Shown: piece by piece, positions 10,664-19,340 of the stretch | How the letters are laid out: each line of letters begins with the position of its first letter | How positions within the stretch are numbered: the stretch's first letter is position 1 | Source of the DNA: Phycisphaera mikurensis NBRC 102666 | GTDB taxonomy: Bacteria > Planctomycetota > Phycisphaerae > Phycisphaerales > Phycisphaeraceae | Assembly (NCBI RefSeq): GCF_000284115.1 | Contig: NC_017080.1 | Span: 930,001-962,000 of the forward strand | Direction of reading: 5' to 3' | DNA: 32,000 nt | The notes under the pieces: model-generated | Seen by the model: the letters and a program-made list of their open reading frames with translations, nothing else | The model's database searches: none | What the model was told of the DNA's origin: nothing | Program-made: the position numbers and the translations under genes

Positions 10664-11767
10664 ATGCCCGATCCTCCCCCCGCTCTCATCGTCTTGACGG
10701 TGCCGGGCCGCTTGGACCGGGTCGAGGCGGACGCGGAGCGATTGCATCGCCTGCGGGCGGCGGGGTCGTCGGTGACCGAGGTGCGGCCGGCGCCGCGGTG
10801 CGTCTGGTGGGCGGACGACGACGACCGGCGGGAAGAGGCCGAGCCGGGCGACCTGGTCTGGTCCGGCCGCTTCCCGGTGCGGCGGCGGCGCGCCCGGGTC
10901 GTGGAGGCGGTCCGGGCCGCGGGCGTCGGAGGGGCGGCGGTCCACGCGGTGGGCGCGGCGGCGTGGCCGGAGGCGGCGGCGATCGGTCGCCTGCTCGATG
11001 CGGGCGTGCTGCTGGGGGCGCGGGAGGAGGCGGCGATCCCGGCGGCGCGGCGGCTGGTCCGCCTGCTGAACCCCACGCGGTGCGTGCTGGTGGCGGAGAC
11101 CGAGCCGCTGGCGGAGGCGCTGCGTGAGGCGACGGACAACCTGCTCGTGGTGGAGGCGGTGCCGCCGCCGGTGCCGGAGCGGGCGCCGTGCCCGCGGCGG
11201 CGTGCGGCGGGCGAGCCGCTGCTGGTGGCGGTCCCGCTGGCGGCGGGGGCCTCCGGGCTGCCGGAGCTGCTGTCCGGCCTCGGCGGAGCGCTCGACGCGC
11301 GGCCCGAGGCGGAGGTCCAGCTGTTGCTGATGGGGCGGACCACCGACCTCTCGGCGGCGTACCGGGCGGCCGCGGCGGCGGGGCGGCTGGGCCGCGTATC
11401 GGCGGCCCCGACGCGGCCCGAGGCCGGGGGCGTGCCCTTCCACGCGGTTCTCTCGGGCGTGCACGCGCTCGCGAGCCCGGCGGCGACGCCGCTGGAGGAG
11501 CCGCCGGCGGTGCTGGAGGCGGAGGCCCTCGGGTTGCCGGTGCTCGAGCCCGCGGGCGGGTCGCCCCGGCCCGGCGGCGTCGCGCGGCCGCTGCCCGCGG
11601 CGCCGGGCGCGGACGCCTGGGCGGCGGTCCTCGGCTGGCTCTTCGACGATCCCAGGGGTGCGGAGGCGGCGGGGGCGGCGACGCGGGACGCGGTGCGGGC
11701 GGAGCGGGGGGTGGCGGCCTCGGATGCGCGGTTGCTGCACCTGGCGGGCCTGGTGGCGGGCGCTTAG
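10664..11767 (+). CDS. hypothetical protein, degenerate GT-B (group 1/GT4-like) glycosyltransferase C-terminal half
   Basis: The plus frame has a plausible composition and high GC3, whereas the overlapping minus-strand ORFs are Pro/Arg low-complexity. The C-terminal part (VQLLLMGR...VPFHAVLSGVHALASPAATPLEEPPAVLEAEALGLPVLEP...LGWLFDDP) resembles the nucleotide-sugar-binding half of GT4 enzymes, including an E-x7-E-like region. Function is uncertain. Confidence 0.4.
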   Translation: MPDPPPALIVLTVPGRLDRVEADAERLHRLRAAGSSVTEVRPAPRCVWWADDDDRREEAEPGDLVWSGRFPVRRRRARVVEAVRAAGVGGAAVHAVGAAAWPEAAAIGRLLDAGVLLGAREEAAIPAARRLVRLLNPTRCVLVAETEPLAEALREATDNLLVVEAVPPPVPERAPCPRRRAAGEPLLVAVPLAAGASGLPELLSGLGGALDARPEAEVQLLLMGRTTDLSAAYRAAAAAGRLGRVSAAPTRPEAGGVPFHAVLSGVHALASPAATPLEEPPAVLEAEALGLPVLEPAGGSPRPGGVARPLPAAPGADAWAAVLGWLFDDPRGAEAAGAATRDAVRAERGVAASDARLLHLAGLVAGA

Positions 11768-11901
11768 TGCGGCGGCCGTCGCTCCTCCGACCGGGCGGAT
11801 CCGATCGGCGGGGACTCCCGTCTGAGGGCCCTTCTCCTGCCCCTCGGCCCTTCACCGCCGGGCGGATCTCGCCGCGACCGAGCTCCGATAGACTCCGGCC
11901 C

Positions 11902-12174
11902 ATGGCCGACACCCTTCACTGCACCATCACCACCCCGGAGGCTCAGGTCTTCGACGCCGCGGTCGCGTCGGTCACGCTTCCGTCCCACGACGGCCGCATC
12001 GGCGTGCTCAAGAGCCACGCCCCGATGATGGTGGAGCTCGGCGAGGGCGAGCTGTCGATCGAGCCGACCGACCGACACGAGGCCCGCACCCGCTACGCGA
12101 TCCAAGGCGGCTTCGCGCAGATCAAGAGCAACCAGCTGGTGGTGCTGACGGCGGCGGCCGAGCCCCGGGCCTGA
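11902..12174 (+). CDS. atpC: F-type ATPase epsilon-subunit-like protein, N-terminal beta-sandwich domain only
   Basis: 90 aa. LHCTITTPEAQVFDAAVASVTLPSHDGRIGVLKSHAPMMVELGEGELSI...GGFAQIKSNQLVVLTAAAE aligns by eye with E. coli AtpC residues about 5-88 ([39 protein letters not shown]...GGILEVQPGNVTVLADTA). No other atp gene is in the window. Confidence 0.75.
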   Translation: MADTLHCTITTPEAQVFDAAVASVTLPSHDGRIGVLKSHAPMMVELGEGELSIEPTDRHEARTRYAIQGGFAQIKSNQLVVLTAAAEPRA

Positions 12175-12334
12175 GCCCGAACAAGGAACGTCCGGGCGTC
12201 GCTGGGCGGGAGCGACGGCGGGCGCCCCAACCCGCCCCGGCGGGCCCTCGCCCGCTCCCACCGGCCACCCTCCCAGCCCCCGCCCCCCGCTCGCTCCGGC
12301 CGCGAACGCTCCGGGGAGCCGCCGCTGCGGCCGG

Positions 12335-12380
12335 CCGCGGATCGTCGGTCTTCTCCCGCGTTTCGGCTCGCGGTCCGCGG
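12335..12380. repeat. 46-bp palindromic element, copy D (one arm mismatch)
   Basis: CCGCGGATCG (12335-12344) and CGGTCCGCGG (12371-12380) are separated by 26 nt, the same geometry as copies A-C. It lies in the atpC-mrdA intergenic region. Confidence 0.55.
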
Positions 12381-12415
12381 GAATCGCCGCCCGCTCGCGT
12401 CGGTAGAGACTCCCC

Positions 12416-14902
12416 ATGCGGTCGTTCCTGCGGCAATCGGTCCCGAGCATGTTCCACCGGCGGCTGCTGCTGCTGGGCGGCCTCGCCGCCGCGGTGGCGG
12501 CCGTGCTGGTCGTGCAGGCGGCGCGGCTGGCCACGGGCGACTCGCACCGGGAGCTGCTCGGCGAGGCCGAGGCGGCCATGGTCCGCGAGAGCCTGATCCC
12601 CACCGTCCGCGGGCGGATCTACGACCGGCACGGGCGGGTGCTGGCCCGGGACGAGCCGGGGTGGTCGGTGGCGCTGCCCTACCCGCTGTTTACCGGGGGT
12701 TGGGCCTACGAGGCGGCGTCTCGGGCGGCCGAGGCCGAGGCGGGGCGGGCGTGGCGCTCGATGGAGGAGGCGGCGCGGGAGGCGGCGATCGGGCCGCGCC
12801 TGGACGGCTTCCGCCGGCAGCGCGACATGTTCTGGCTCGCGTTGCCGGACCTTCTCCGGGTCGAACCCGCCGAGCTGCTGGCCGCCCGCGATCGGGTGGT
12901 CAAGCGGGTCCGCACGGTGAAGGCGCAGTACATCGGGCGCCGCCTGCAGGAGCGCCGGCTCGAGACCGGCGACCCGGACGCCGACTGGGCGGACATCCAG
13001 GACGACACGGTCGCGGAGGAGCTGGCCACGCACGCCATCGCCACCGGCGTGCCCGACCCCGCGGCCACGCTGCTCAAGGAGCTCGCGGCCGATGCGCGGG
13101 CGAAGGCGGCCGCCGCGGACCGCGAGGGGGCGACCGCGGCCGAGCGGGCGGCCGCCGAGGAGACGGCCATCTGGCGGGAGGTGGGGGTGGAGCGGAGCCG
13201 CGACCGCGTCTACCCGCGAACGGTGGCGCGGGTGTCTCTGGATCGCTCCGGCTTCCCCTCGACGCTGGCGAGCGACGAGCCGGTCGAGGTGGAGCTGCCC
13301 GGCGTCGCGGTCCACGTGCTCGGGCAGCTCAAGCCGCTGTACGCCGGCGAGAAGCGGCTGGGGGCGCGGCCGCTGGCGATCCGGGGTGACCCCGTGTCCG
13401 GCGAGCCGGCGGACCTGGGCGGCTACCGCGTGGGGGACCCGGCGGGGCACTTCGGCGTGGAGCGGGTGCTCGAGCCGACGCTGCGCGGCCGCCGCGGCAA
13501 GGAGGTCCGCCGGCTGGAGGCCGACGCGGACGGCGTCAAGCGTGTCCTCCGCACCGAGCCCGTCGCCGGCGACCAGGTGACGCTGACCCTGGACATCGAG
13601 CTCCAGGCCTACCTCGAGGCCCTGCTGTCGCCCCGGCCGGACGTGGGGCTGATGACGGTGCAGCCGTGGCTGAAGGCGGAGGTCCCGCCGGGCACGGTGC
13701 TCACCGGGGCACTCGTGGTGATGGAGATCGCCACCGGCGAGATCCTCGGCGCCGCGACCGCGCCGGGCATGTCGCGGGCGGTGCTGGAGGAAGACCCCGC
13801 GGAGATCTACCAGGACTTCACCTTCGAGCCTTGGACCTTCCGCCCCACGGCGTACCCGCGGATGCCCGGTTCGACCATCAAGCCGCTTGTGCTCGCGGCG
13901 GCCATCACCGACGGCGTCTGGGGGGCGGACGAGGTGATGGACGTGTCCAGCGGCCACCTCTACCCGAAACAGCCGAATCTCTTCCGCGACTGGTGGCAGC
14001 GGCAGCCCGGGGGCGCCGGCCTCGTCACGACGCTCGACGGGCCGACCGCGATCAAGATCAGCGGGAACGTCTTCTTCGGGCGACTGGCGCAGAAGCTCGG
14101 GCCCCAGCGGCTCGCCTGGTGGTACCGCCAGCTGGGCGTCGGGGAGAAGGCCGACCTGCCCGTGCGGGAATCGGCCGGCTCGCTCTTCGACCCGCTCGCG
14201 GCCGACGCCGGGCCGCAGGCCGACAACACCGCCATCGGCCAGGGCCAGCTGAGCATGACGCCGGCCCAGCTCGCCGCCGCTCACGCGACGCTCGCCCGCG
14301 GCGGCCGCCACCTGCCCCCGAAGCTAGTCCGCGGCCTGCCGGCGCGCCCGCACGAGGGCGCGTCGGTGCGCTTCAGCACCGAGGCGGTGCAGGCGGCGCT
14401 CCTGGGGATGTGGAAGTCGGGCAACGAGGCGAAGGGCCGCGACCTCACCTACGGCACCACGTACCAGTTCTCGCTGGGCGGGGGCGCGTACCACAGGATC
14501 TTCAGCGTCAGCAACGTGAACGTCTTCGCCAAGAGCGGCTCGGCGCAGGTCGACGGCGGCACCGTGGAAAAGTTCGACGAGGACGGCGACGGCCTCGTCG
14601 ACCGCTTCGGCGAGGTCGTGCGGAGCGGGGCGCACGGCTGGGCGGTGGCGCTGGTCGGTCCCGTCGACCACGAGCCGCTGTACGCGATCGTCGCGCTCGC
14701 CGAGCACGGCTACTCGGGCGGCACGTCGGCCGGCCCGATGGTGAACGAGGCCATCGTGGCGCTGCAGAAGTTCGGGTACCTCCCGCCCGGCGCCTCGGGC
14801 CCGGGCGCCGCCGCCGACGGCCCGCAGCGGGTGTCCTTCCCGGAGGCCGGAGACGAGCCCGCCGACCCGGCGCCGGCCGCGCTCGCGAGCTCGGGTCGCT
14901 GA
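12416..14902 (+). CDS. mrdA: penicillin-binding protein 2 (peptidoglycan D,D-transpeptidase)
   Basis: N-terminal TM anchor (RRLLLLGGLAAAVAAVLVV), an SxxK active site in PGSTIKPLVLAAAI, an SxN-like ISGN motif, and a K[ST]G motif as KSGSAQ. It is directly followed by rodA. At 828 aa it is long for a PBP2. Confidence 0.9.
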   Translation: MRSFLRQSVPSMFHRRLLLLGGLAAAVAAVLVVQAARLATGDSHRELLGEAEAAMVRESLIPTVRGRIYDRHGRVLARDEPGWSVALPYPLFTGGWAYEAASRAAEAEAGRAWRSMEEAAREAAIGPRLDGFRRQRDMFWLALPDLLRVEPAELLAARDRVVKRVRTVKAQYIGRRLQERRLETGDPDADWADIQDDTVAEELATHAIATGVPDPAATLLKELAADARAKAAAADREGATAAERAAAEETAIWREVGVERSRDRVYPRTVARVSLDRSGFPSTLASDEPVEVELPGVAVHVLGQLKPLYAGEKRLGARPLAIRGDPVSGEPADLGGYRVGDPAGHFGVERVLEPTLRGRRGKEVRRLEADADGVKRVLRTEPVAGDQVTLTLDIELQAYLEALLSPRPDVGLMTVQPWLKAEVPPGTVLTGALVVMEIATGEILGAATAPGMSRAVLEEDPAEIYQDFTFEPWTFRPTAYPRMPGSTIKPLVLAAAITDGVWGADEVMDVSSGHLYPKQPNLFRDWWQRQPGGAGLVTTLDGPTAIKISGNVFFGRLAQKLGPQRLAWWYRQLGVGEKADLPVRESAGSLFDPLAADAGPQADNTAIGQGQLSMTPAQLAAAHATLARGGRHLPPKLVRGLPARPHEGASVRFSTEAVQAALLGMWKSGNEAKGRDLTYGTTYQFSLGGGAYHRIFSVSNVNVFAKSGSAQVDGGTVEKFDEDGDGLVDRFGEVVRSGAHGWAVALVGPVDHEPLYAIVALAEHGYSGGTSAGPMVNEAIVALQKFGYLPPGASGPGAAADGPQRVSFPEAGDEPADPAPAALASSGR

Positions 14903-16084
14903 GTGCTCTCGCGCCTCGTCAGCCTCGGCCGCGACCTCGCCCGGCCCAACGCGGCCTGGCTGGGCGTGGCCGCGGCCGTCGCGCTCACCTGGATCGGCAT
15001 CGCCGCCATCGGCACGGTGCGGCCCGACTACGCCGCCAAGCAGGCCCGCTGGCTGGTGATCGGCCTGGGCGGGATGGCGGCCTTCCTGCTGCCGCCGCCG
15101 CGGGTGCTCGGCCGCTGGTCCTACGCCGGCTTCGTCCTGACGATCGTGCTGCTGGTGTTGCTGATCCTCCCGGGCATGCCGCGCTCGCTCGTGCCGCGGA
15201 TCAACGCCGCGACCAGCTGGATCAACCTGGGGTTCATGAACTACCAGCCGGCGGAGACGGCGAAGGTCTTCTTCGTGCTCGCGCTGGCCTGGTACCTGCG
15301 GCACCGCGAGAGCCACCGCTTCCTCACGGGGCTGCTCCCGCCCTTCGTGCTGATGCTCGTGCCCGTGGGCCTCATCATGAAGCAGCCCGACCTGGGCAGC
15401 GCCCTGCTCTTCGGCCCCACGCTGCTCATCGTGCTGGTCGCCGCGGGTGCCCGGTTGCGGCACCTCGGCGGACTCGTCGGCGCCGGCACGCTCGTGGTCG
15501 CCGTCGTCGCCGGCGTCACGCTCTTCGCGCCCGAGAACGCGCAGATCCTCCAGCCGCACCAGCAGGTCCGCATCCGCGCCCTCTTCGCCCAGGCCCAGGG
15601 CGACGACCGCTACCGGCTGACCAGCGCTTTCCAGCAGACCAAGGCCGTGACGCTCGTCGGCGCGGGCGGGATCTCCGGGCACGGGCGCGACCGCAGCGGG
15701 CAGATGATCGCCTTCAACGGCCTGCCCTTCCCCTACAACGACATGATCTTCCCGGTGGTCGCCAACCGCTGGGGGCTCGCCGGCTCCGCGGGCGTGGTCG
15801 GGCTGTTCCTGCTGATGGTCGGCAGCTTCCTGGCGGTCGCCGCCCGCGCCCGCGACCCCTTCGCCCGGCTCGCCTGCGTCGGCTTCGCCGCGATGATCTT
15901 CGTGCAGGCGGCGCTGAACGTGGCGATGTGCCTGCGGCTCGCGCCGATCACCGGCATCACGCTGCCGTTCATGAGCTACGGCGGATCGTCGCTGCTGTCG
16001 AGCTTCACGATGCTCGGCCTCGTGCTCAACTTCGCGGCCCGGCGCGAGCGCGGGTTCACGCGCAAGTCCTTCGAGTTCGAGTGA
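14903..16084 (+). CDS. rodA: rod shape-determining protein RodA (SEDS family glycosyltransferase)
   Basis: GTG start immediately after the mrdA stop (TGA 14900-14902). There are about 10 TM helices and SEDS blocks (QPAETAKVFFVLALAWYL, KQPDLGSALLF, DMIFPVVANRWGL, LPFMSYGGSSLL). Confidence 0.9.
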   Translation: MLSRLVSLGRDLARPNAAWLGVAAAVALTWIGIAAIGTVRPDYAAKQARWLVIGLGGMAAFLLPPPRVLGRWSYAGFVLTIVLLVLLILPGMPRSLVPRINAATSWINLGFMNYQPAETAKVFFVLALAWYLRHRESHRFLTGLLPPFVLMLVPVGLIMKQPDLGSALLFGPTLLIVLVAAGARLRHLGGLVGAGTLVVAVVAGVTLFAPENAQILQPHQQVRIRALFAQAQGDDRYRLTSAFQQTKAVTLVGAGGISGHGRDRSGQMIAFNGLPFPYNDMIFPVVANRWGLAGSAGVVGLFLLMVGSFLAVAARARDPFARLACVGFAAMIFVQAALNVAMCLRLAPITGITLPFMSYGGSSLLSSFTMLGLVLNFAARRERGFTRKSFEFE

Positions 16085-16138
16085 ATCGCCGGGGGCGACA
16101 ATGCACCCGGTGGCGGTCCCCGACCCCGCCGCTCCGAA

Positions 16139-16669
16139 TCATTGCTGCGGGATCAGCACGCGGTCGATGACGTGCACCACGCCGTTGCTCGCCTCCAGCC
16201 CCGCACGCACCACCTTCGCGTCGTTGACGACGATCTCGCCCCCGGTGGAAGCGAGGTTCAGGTCGTTGCCGTACAGGCTCTCGAAAACGGCGTCCGGCAC
16301 GCCGCCGTCGGGCATCTTCTCCTCGGTCACGTGGTACGTCACGACCGCCGTCAAGAGCTCCTTGTTCGCCGGATCCTCGAGCTTCTCGAGGTACCCGGCG
16401 GGCAGGGCGTCGAAGGCGGCGTCGGCCGGGGCGAAGACGGTGAAGAAGGGATTCTCCGTCTGCAGCACCTGGACCGCGCCGCCGAGCTTCACCAGCCGCG
16501 CGAAGGTGGTGAGGTCCAGCTCGGCGTCGAGGACGTCGATCAGGTTGTTGCCGGAGGCCGCGTCGTGATCGAAGACGGTGCGATCCCGCTCGGTGTTGTA
16601 CTTCGGGGCGCAGGCGGCGAGCCCGCCGGTCGCGGCGAGCAGCAGGACGGCGGGGAGGCGGTGCTTCAT
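16139..16669 (-). CDS. fasciclin (FAS1) domain lipoprotein
   Basis: Start at MKHRLPAVLLLAATGGLAAC, a signal peptide with a lipobox (ATG, complement of 16667-16669). FAS1 blocks are present: TVFAPADAAFDALP, YHV, and VVHVIDRVLIP at the C-terminus. Confidence 0.85.
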   Translation of the reverse strand: MKHRLPAVLLLAATGGLAACAPKYNTERDRTVFDHDAASGNNLIDVLDAELDLTTFARLVKLGGAVQVLQTENPFFTVFAPADAAFDALPAGYLEKLEDPANKELLTAVVTYHVTEEKMPDGGVPDAVFESLYGNDLNLASTGGEIVVNDAKVVRAGLEASNGVVHVIDRVLIPQQ

Positions 16670-16703
16670 GCCGCACGCTACGGAGGCCCCCACGGCCCGG
16701 CCA

Positions 16704-16751
16704 CCCGCGGACCGCGGCGGGTACACGCCGCCCGCGGCGACGGTCCGCGGG
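16704..16751. repeat. 46-bp palindromic element, copy B
   Basis: CCCGCGGACCG (16704-16714) and CGGTCCGCGGG (16741-16751) form an 11-bp stem with a 26-nt spacer. It lies between the fasciclin gene start and the DUF892 gene stop. Confidence 0.65.
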
Positions 16752-16838
16752 CCCGCGGCGCAGCACGACGCCGCGGACCCCGGGGGAGCCGCGGCGTGAG
16801 GAAGGCTCGGAGGCGGCGGGTCGCCCCACCGCCGGGCG

Positions 16839-17354
16839 TCAGTGCGCGGCCTGAGCGTTGACGCCGGTCTGGGCCGTCGCGAGCTCCTTGAGCTTCTCGT
16901 CGGCGGCGATGTGCTGCGAGAGCAGGTCGTCGAGCGTCTGCTCGAGGTTGTGCTTGCCCATCGCGCCCAGCTGGCAGCGGGTGCTGCCGTAGCCGGCCAT
17001 GAAGTAGTGGTGCGCCCGCTGGGCGTTGGCGATGAGGGCCGAGTCCAGGACGGCCGGGTCGCCCTTGGCGTCGAGCGTCTCGGAGGTCTCCTGCATGATG
17101 CCCTTGGCCGCGTGGCAGGTCACCCGCTCGACGTCGAAGCCGAGCCCCTCGAACAGCGTCTCGATCGTCTTGACGCGGGCCGAGGCGGCCGCGTGCTGCG
17201 TCTTGAAGAGGCTCTGGAGCTCGGCGTTGCTCGCCTTCTCCACCATCTTCTCGAGGGTGTCGTGGAAGCGGAACTCCGCGTCGTACAGGTCGGCGACCTG
17301 GTGGTGGACGAAGTCTTTGAGAGTGTCGTAACGGTCGGCGAAGATGAGTCCCAT
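16839..17354 (-). CDS. ferritin-like DUF892 (YciE/YciF family) protein
   Basis: 171 aa starting at MGLIFADRYDTLKDFVHHQVADLYDAE (ATG, complement of 17352-17354). The helical pattern with LYDAE...KMV...A.N..L...F..H and the later E...HY motifs is typical of the YciE/YciF stress-protein family. Confidence 0.75.
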   Translation of the reverse strand: MGLIFADRYDTLKDFVHHQVADLYDAEFRFHDTLEKMVEKASNAELQSLFKTQHAAASARVKTIETLFEGLGFDVERVTCHAAKGIMQETSETLDAKGDPAVLDSALIANAQRAHHYFMAGYGSTRCQLGAMGKHNLEQTLDDLLSQHIAADEKLKELATAQTGVNAQAAH

Positions 17355-17553
17355 GTTGGAATCCTTGGTTGGTGTTTCAGCCCGTACGACCGAAACGCTA
17401 GCGCCAGCCCGGCGGATTTCCACCCGCCAGTCGGCGAAAGCCCGGCGGTGCGGCGGCCGCCGGTTCCTCTCCCCGCGCGGCGGAACACGCGCCGCTTCGG
17501 GAGGCGGCCGCCGCGGACGCGGCCTCCCGGCCGGCCCGCGACCCGCCTCGCCG

Positions 17554-19113
17554 CTACCGCTCGTCGAGCTTCGCCGCCAGCCTCTCCTCCGCCGACATCT
17601 TCGTCTTCCCCCGGATCAGCAGCTTGATCGGCACCTCCGAGAAGGGCAGCTCCTCGCGGATGTTGTTCATCAGGTACCGCTGGTAGTTGTGATCGAACAG
17701 CTCCGGGTCGTTGACGAACAGCGCCAGCGTGGGCGGGTTCGTCGCCGGCATCGTCGCGTAGAAGAGACGCGGCTGCTTGCCCGCCCGGTTCGTGCCCGGC
17801 CCGCGCCTCTGGTAGACGGCCTCGAAGAAGCGGTTGAGCTCGCCCGTGCCGACGCGGTGGCTGCTCTGCTCGTGCAGGTTGTGGGCCAGGGCGACCACGT
17901 CGCGGAGCCCGGTGCCGTTCTTCGCCGAGATGAAGACGATCGGGGCGAAGTCCAGCCCGCGGAGCGCGTCTTCCAGGTAGGTGACGTACGCCTCCTGGTC
18001 CATCACCCGGTTGCCCTCCTTGTCGCGGCCGATCAGGTCCCACTTGTTGACCACGATCACGCAGGGCTTGTAGTGCTTCTGCACCTCCTGGCTGAGGATC
18101 TGGTCGACCTGGCTCACCGGCACGGTCGCGTCGAGCAGCAGCAGCACCACGTCGGCCCGGCGGACGCTCCGCAGCGAGCGGTGCTGGCTGTAGAACTCGA
18201 TGGAGTCGCCGAGGCTCTTGGTCTTCCGGACGCCGGCGGTGTCGATGGCCGTGAAGGCCACGGGGGGCTCCGCGGGATCGACGGCCTTCATCGTGACCTC
18301 CACGTCGATGGAGTCTCGCGTGGTGCCCGCCTTCTCGCTGACGATAACCCGCTGCTGGCCCGCGAGCGCGTTGAGCAGCGTGCTCTTCCCGGCGTTCCGC
18401 TTGCCGACGAGCGCGAGCTTCAGGCCGCTTCCCAGCGGGTCCCGCGGGCCCATGCCCGCGTCGGTCCGCTGCTTGCGGGCTTCCTTGGCCGCCTCCCGCA
18501 GCCGGGCCTCGAGCTCGTGGCGGTTGTGCCGCGTCGTCGCCGAGACGAAGACCGGCTCGCCGAAGCCCAGCTTCATCGCCTCCCAGCCCTCGGTCGCCTG
18601 GGTCGGCGCATCCATCTTGTTGGCCACCACGACGACGGGCTTGGCCGACCGGTTCGGCTGGCCCGGCTTGCCCCCTCCTGATCCGGCACCGCTCTCCCGA
18701 AGGACCTTCGCCGCCCGCTCGTCCAGCGGCGTCACGCCGTCGACCGCGTCGATGACGAACAGCACCGCGTCGCACTCGCCGAGGCCCTCGGCGATCTGCC
18801 GCTCCACCTCGCCGGCGAGATCGTCGCGGTCGACGATGCCGTAGCCGCCGGTGTCGACGATCTCCAGCGACAGCATCCCGCCGGAGCCGTCCTCCAGCGG
18901 GATCTGGGCCCCGGTCGAGAGCCGGTCCCGCGTCACGCCGGCGGTCGGGTCCACGATCGACACCCGCCGCCCCGCGAGCATGTTCATCAGGCTGGACTTG
19001 CCCACGTTGGGCCGCCCGACGATCGCGAATCGGATCGGATCGGCCCCCACCGGCAGCGGGAAGTCCGTCGTGTCGTCGTTCTCGTCGCGGTTGGGGGGGG
19101 GAGCGGGTTGCAT
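17554..19113 (-). CDS. der: ribosome-biogenesis GTPase Der (EngA)
   Basis: Two tandem GTPase domains (GRPNVGKSSLMN...DTGG...NKMD and GKRNAGKSTLLN...DTAG...NKWD) followed by a KH-like C-terminal domain. I chose the start at MQPAPPPNRD (complement of 19111-19113). An in-frame ATG at 19155 is an alternative. The rest of the 754-aa track ORF is low-complexity. Confidence 0.9.
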   Translation of the reverse strand: MQPAPPPNRDENDDTTDFPLPVGADPIRFAIVGRPNVGKSSLMNMLAGRRVSIVDPTAGVTRDRLSTGAQIPLEDGSGGMLSLEIVDTGGYGIVDRDDLAGEVERQIAEGLGECDAVLFVIDAVDGVTPLDERAAKVLRESGAGSGGGKPGQPNRSAKPVVVVANKMDAPTQATEGWEAMKLGFGEPVFVSATTRHNRHELEARLREAAKEARKQRTDAGMGPRDPLGSGLKLALVGKRNAGKSTLLNALAGQQRVIVSEKAGTTRDSIDVEVTMKAVDPAEPPVAFTAIDTAGVRKTKSLGDSIEFYSQHRSLRSVRRADVVLLLLDATVPVSQVDQILSQEVQKHYKPCVIVVNKWDLIGRDKEGNRVMDQEAYVTYLEDALRGLDFAPIVFISAKNGTGLRDVVALAHNLHEQSSHRVGTGELNRFFEAVYQRRGPGTNRAGKQPRLFYATMPATNPPTLALFVNDPELFDHNYQRYLMNNIREELPFSEVPIKLLIRGKTKMSAEERLAAKLDER

Positions 19114-19157
19114 GACGCGGAGCAGTATCGCGTGGGTGCGCGTCGGCTGCGCCATCC

Positions 19158-19300
19158 AAGAGACGAAGCGACGCAGCGGGGGGTGTCGTGCGGTGGGGCT
19201 GCGTCGCCCGCGAAGGTCGGGGCTGCGAGCTCCGGCATCGAAGTTGGCGATCCACGCCGCCTCGACCCTCGCGCGTCGCCCGGACGTCGCTTCGTCTCTT
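19158..19300. repeat. long-range inverted repeat / 143-nt potential stem-loop in the ugpC-der spacer
   Basis: AAGAGACGAAGCGACG (19158-19173) is the exact reverse complement of CGTCGCTTCGTCTCTT (19285-19300). An inner imperfect pairing links CGCGAAGGTCGGGG and CCTCGACCCTCGCG. Confidence 0.5.
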
Positions 19301-19340
19301 CCCGAACAGCGAGCGGCGCAGCCGCTCATGCCTTCCACCT

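Noticed and set aside
19114-19155. An alternative der start at ATG 19155 (MAQPTRTHAILLRVMQP..).
   Set aside because: It cannot be excluded. The 14 extra residues are not part of the conserved GTPase, and the upstream ATG abuts the arm of the 19158-19300 inverted repeat. I kept the shorter start.
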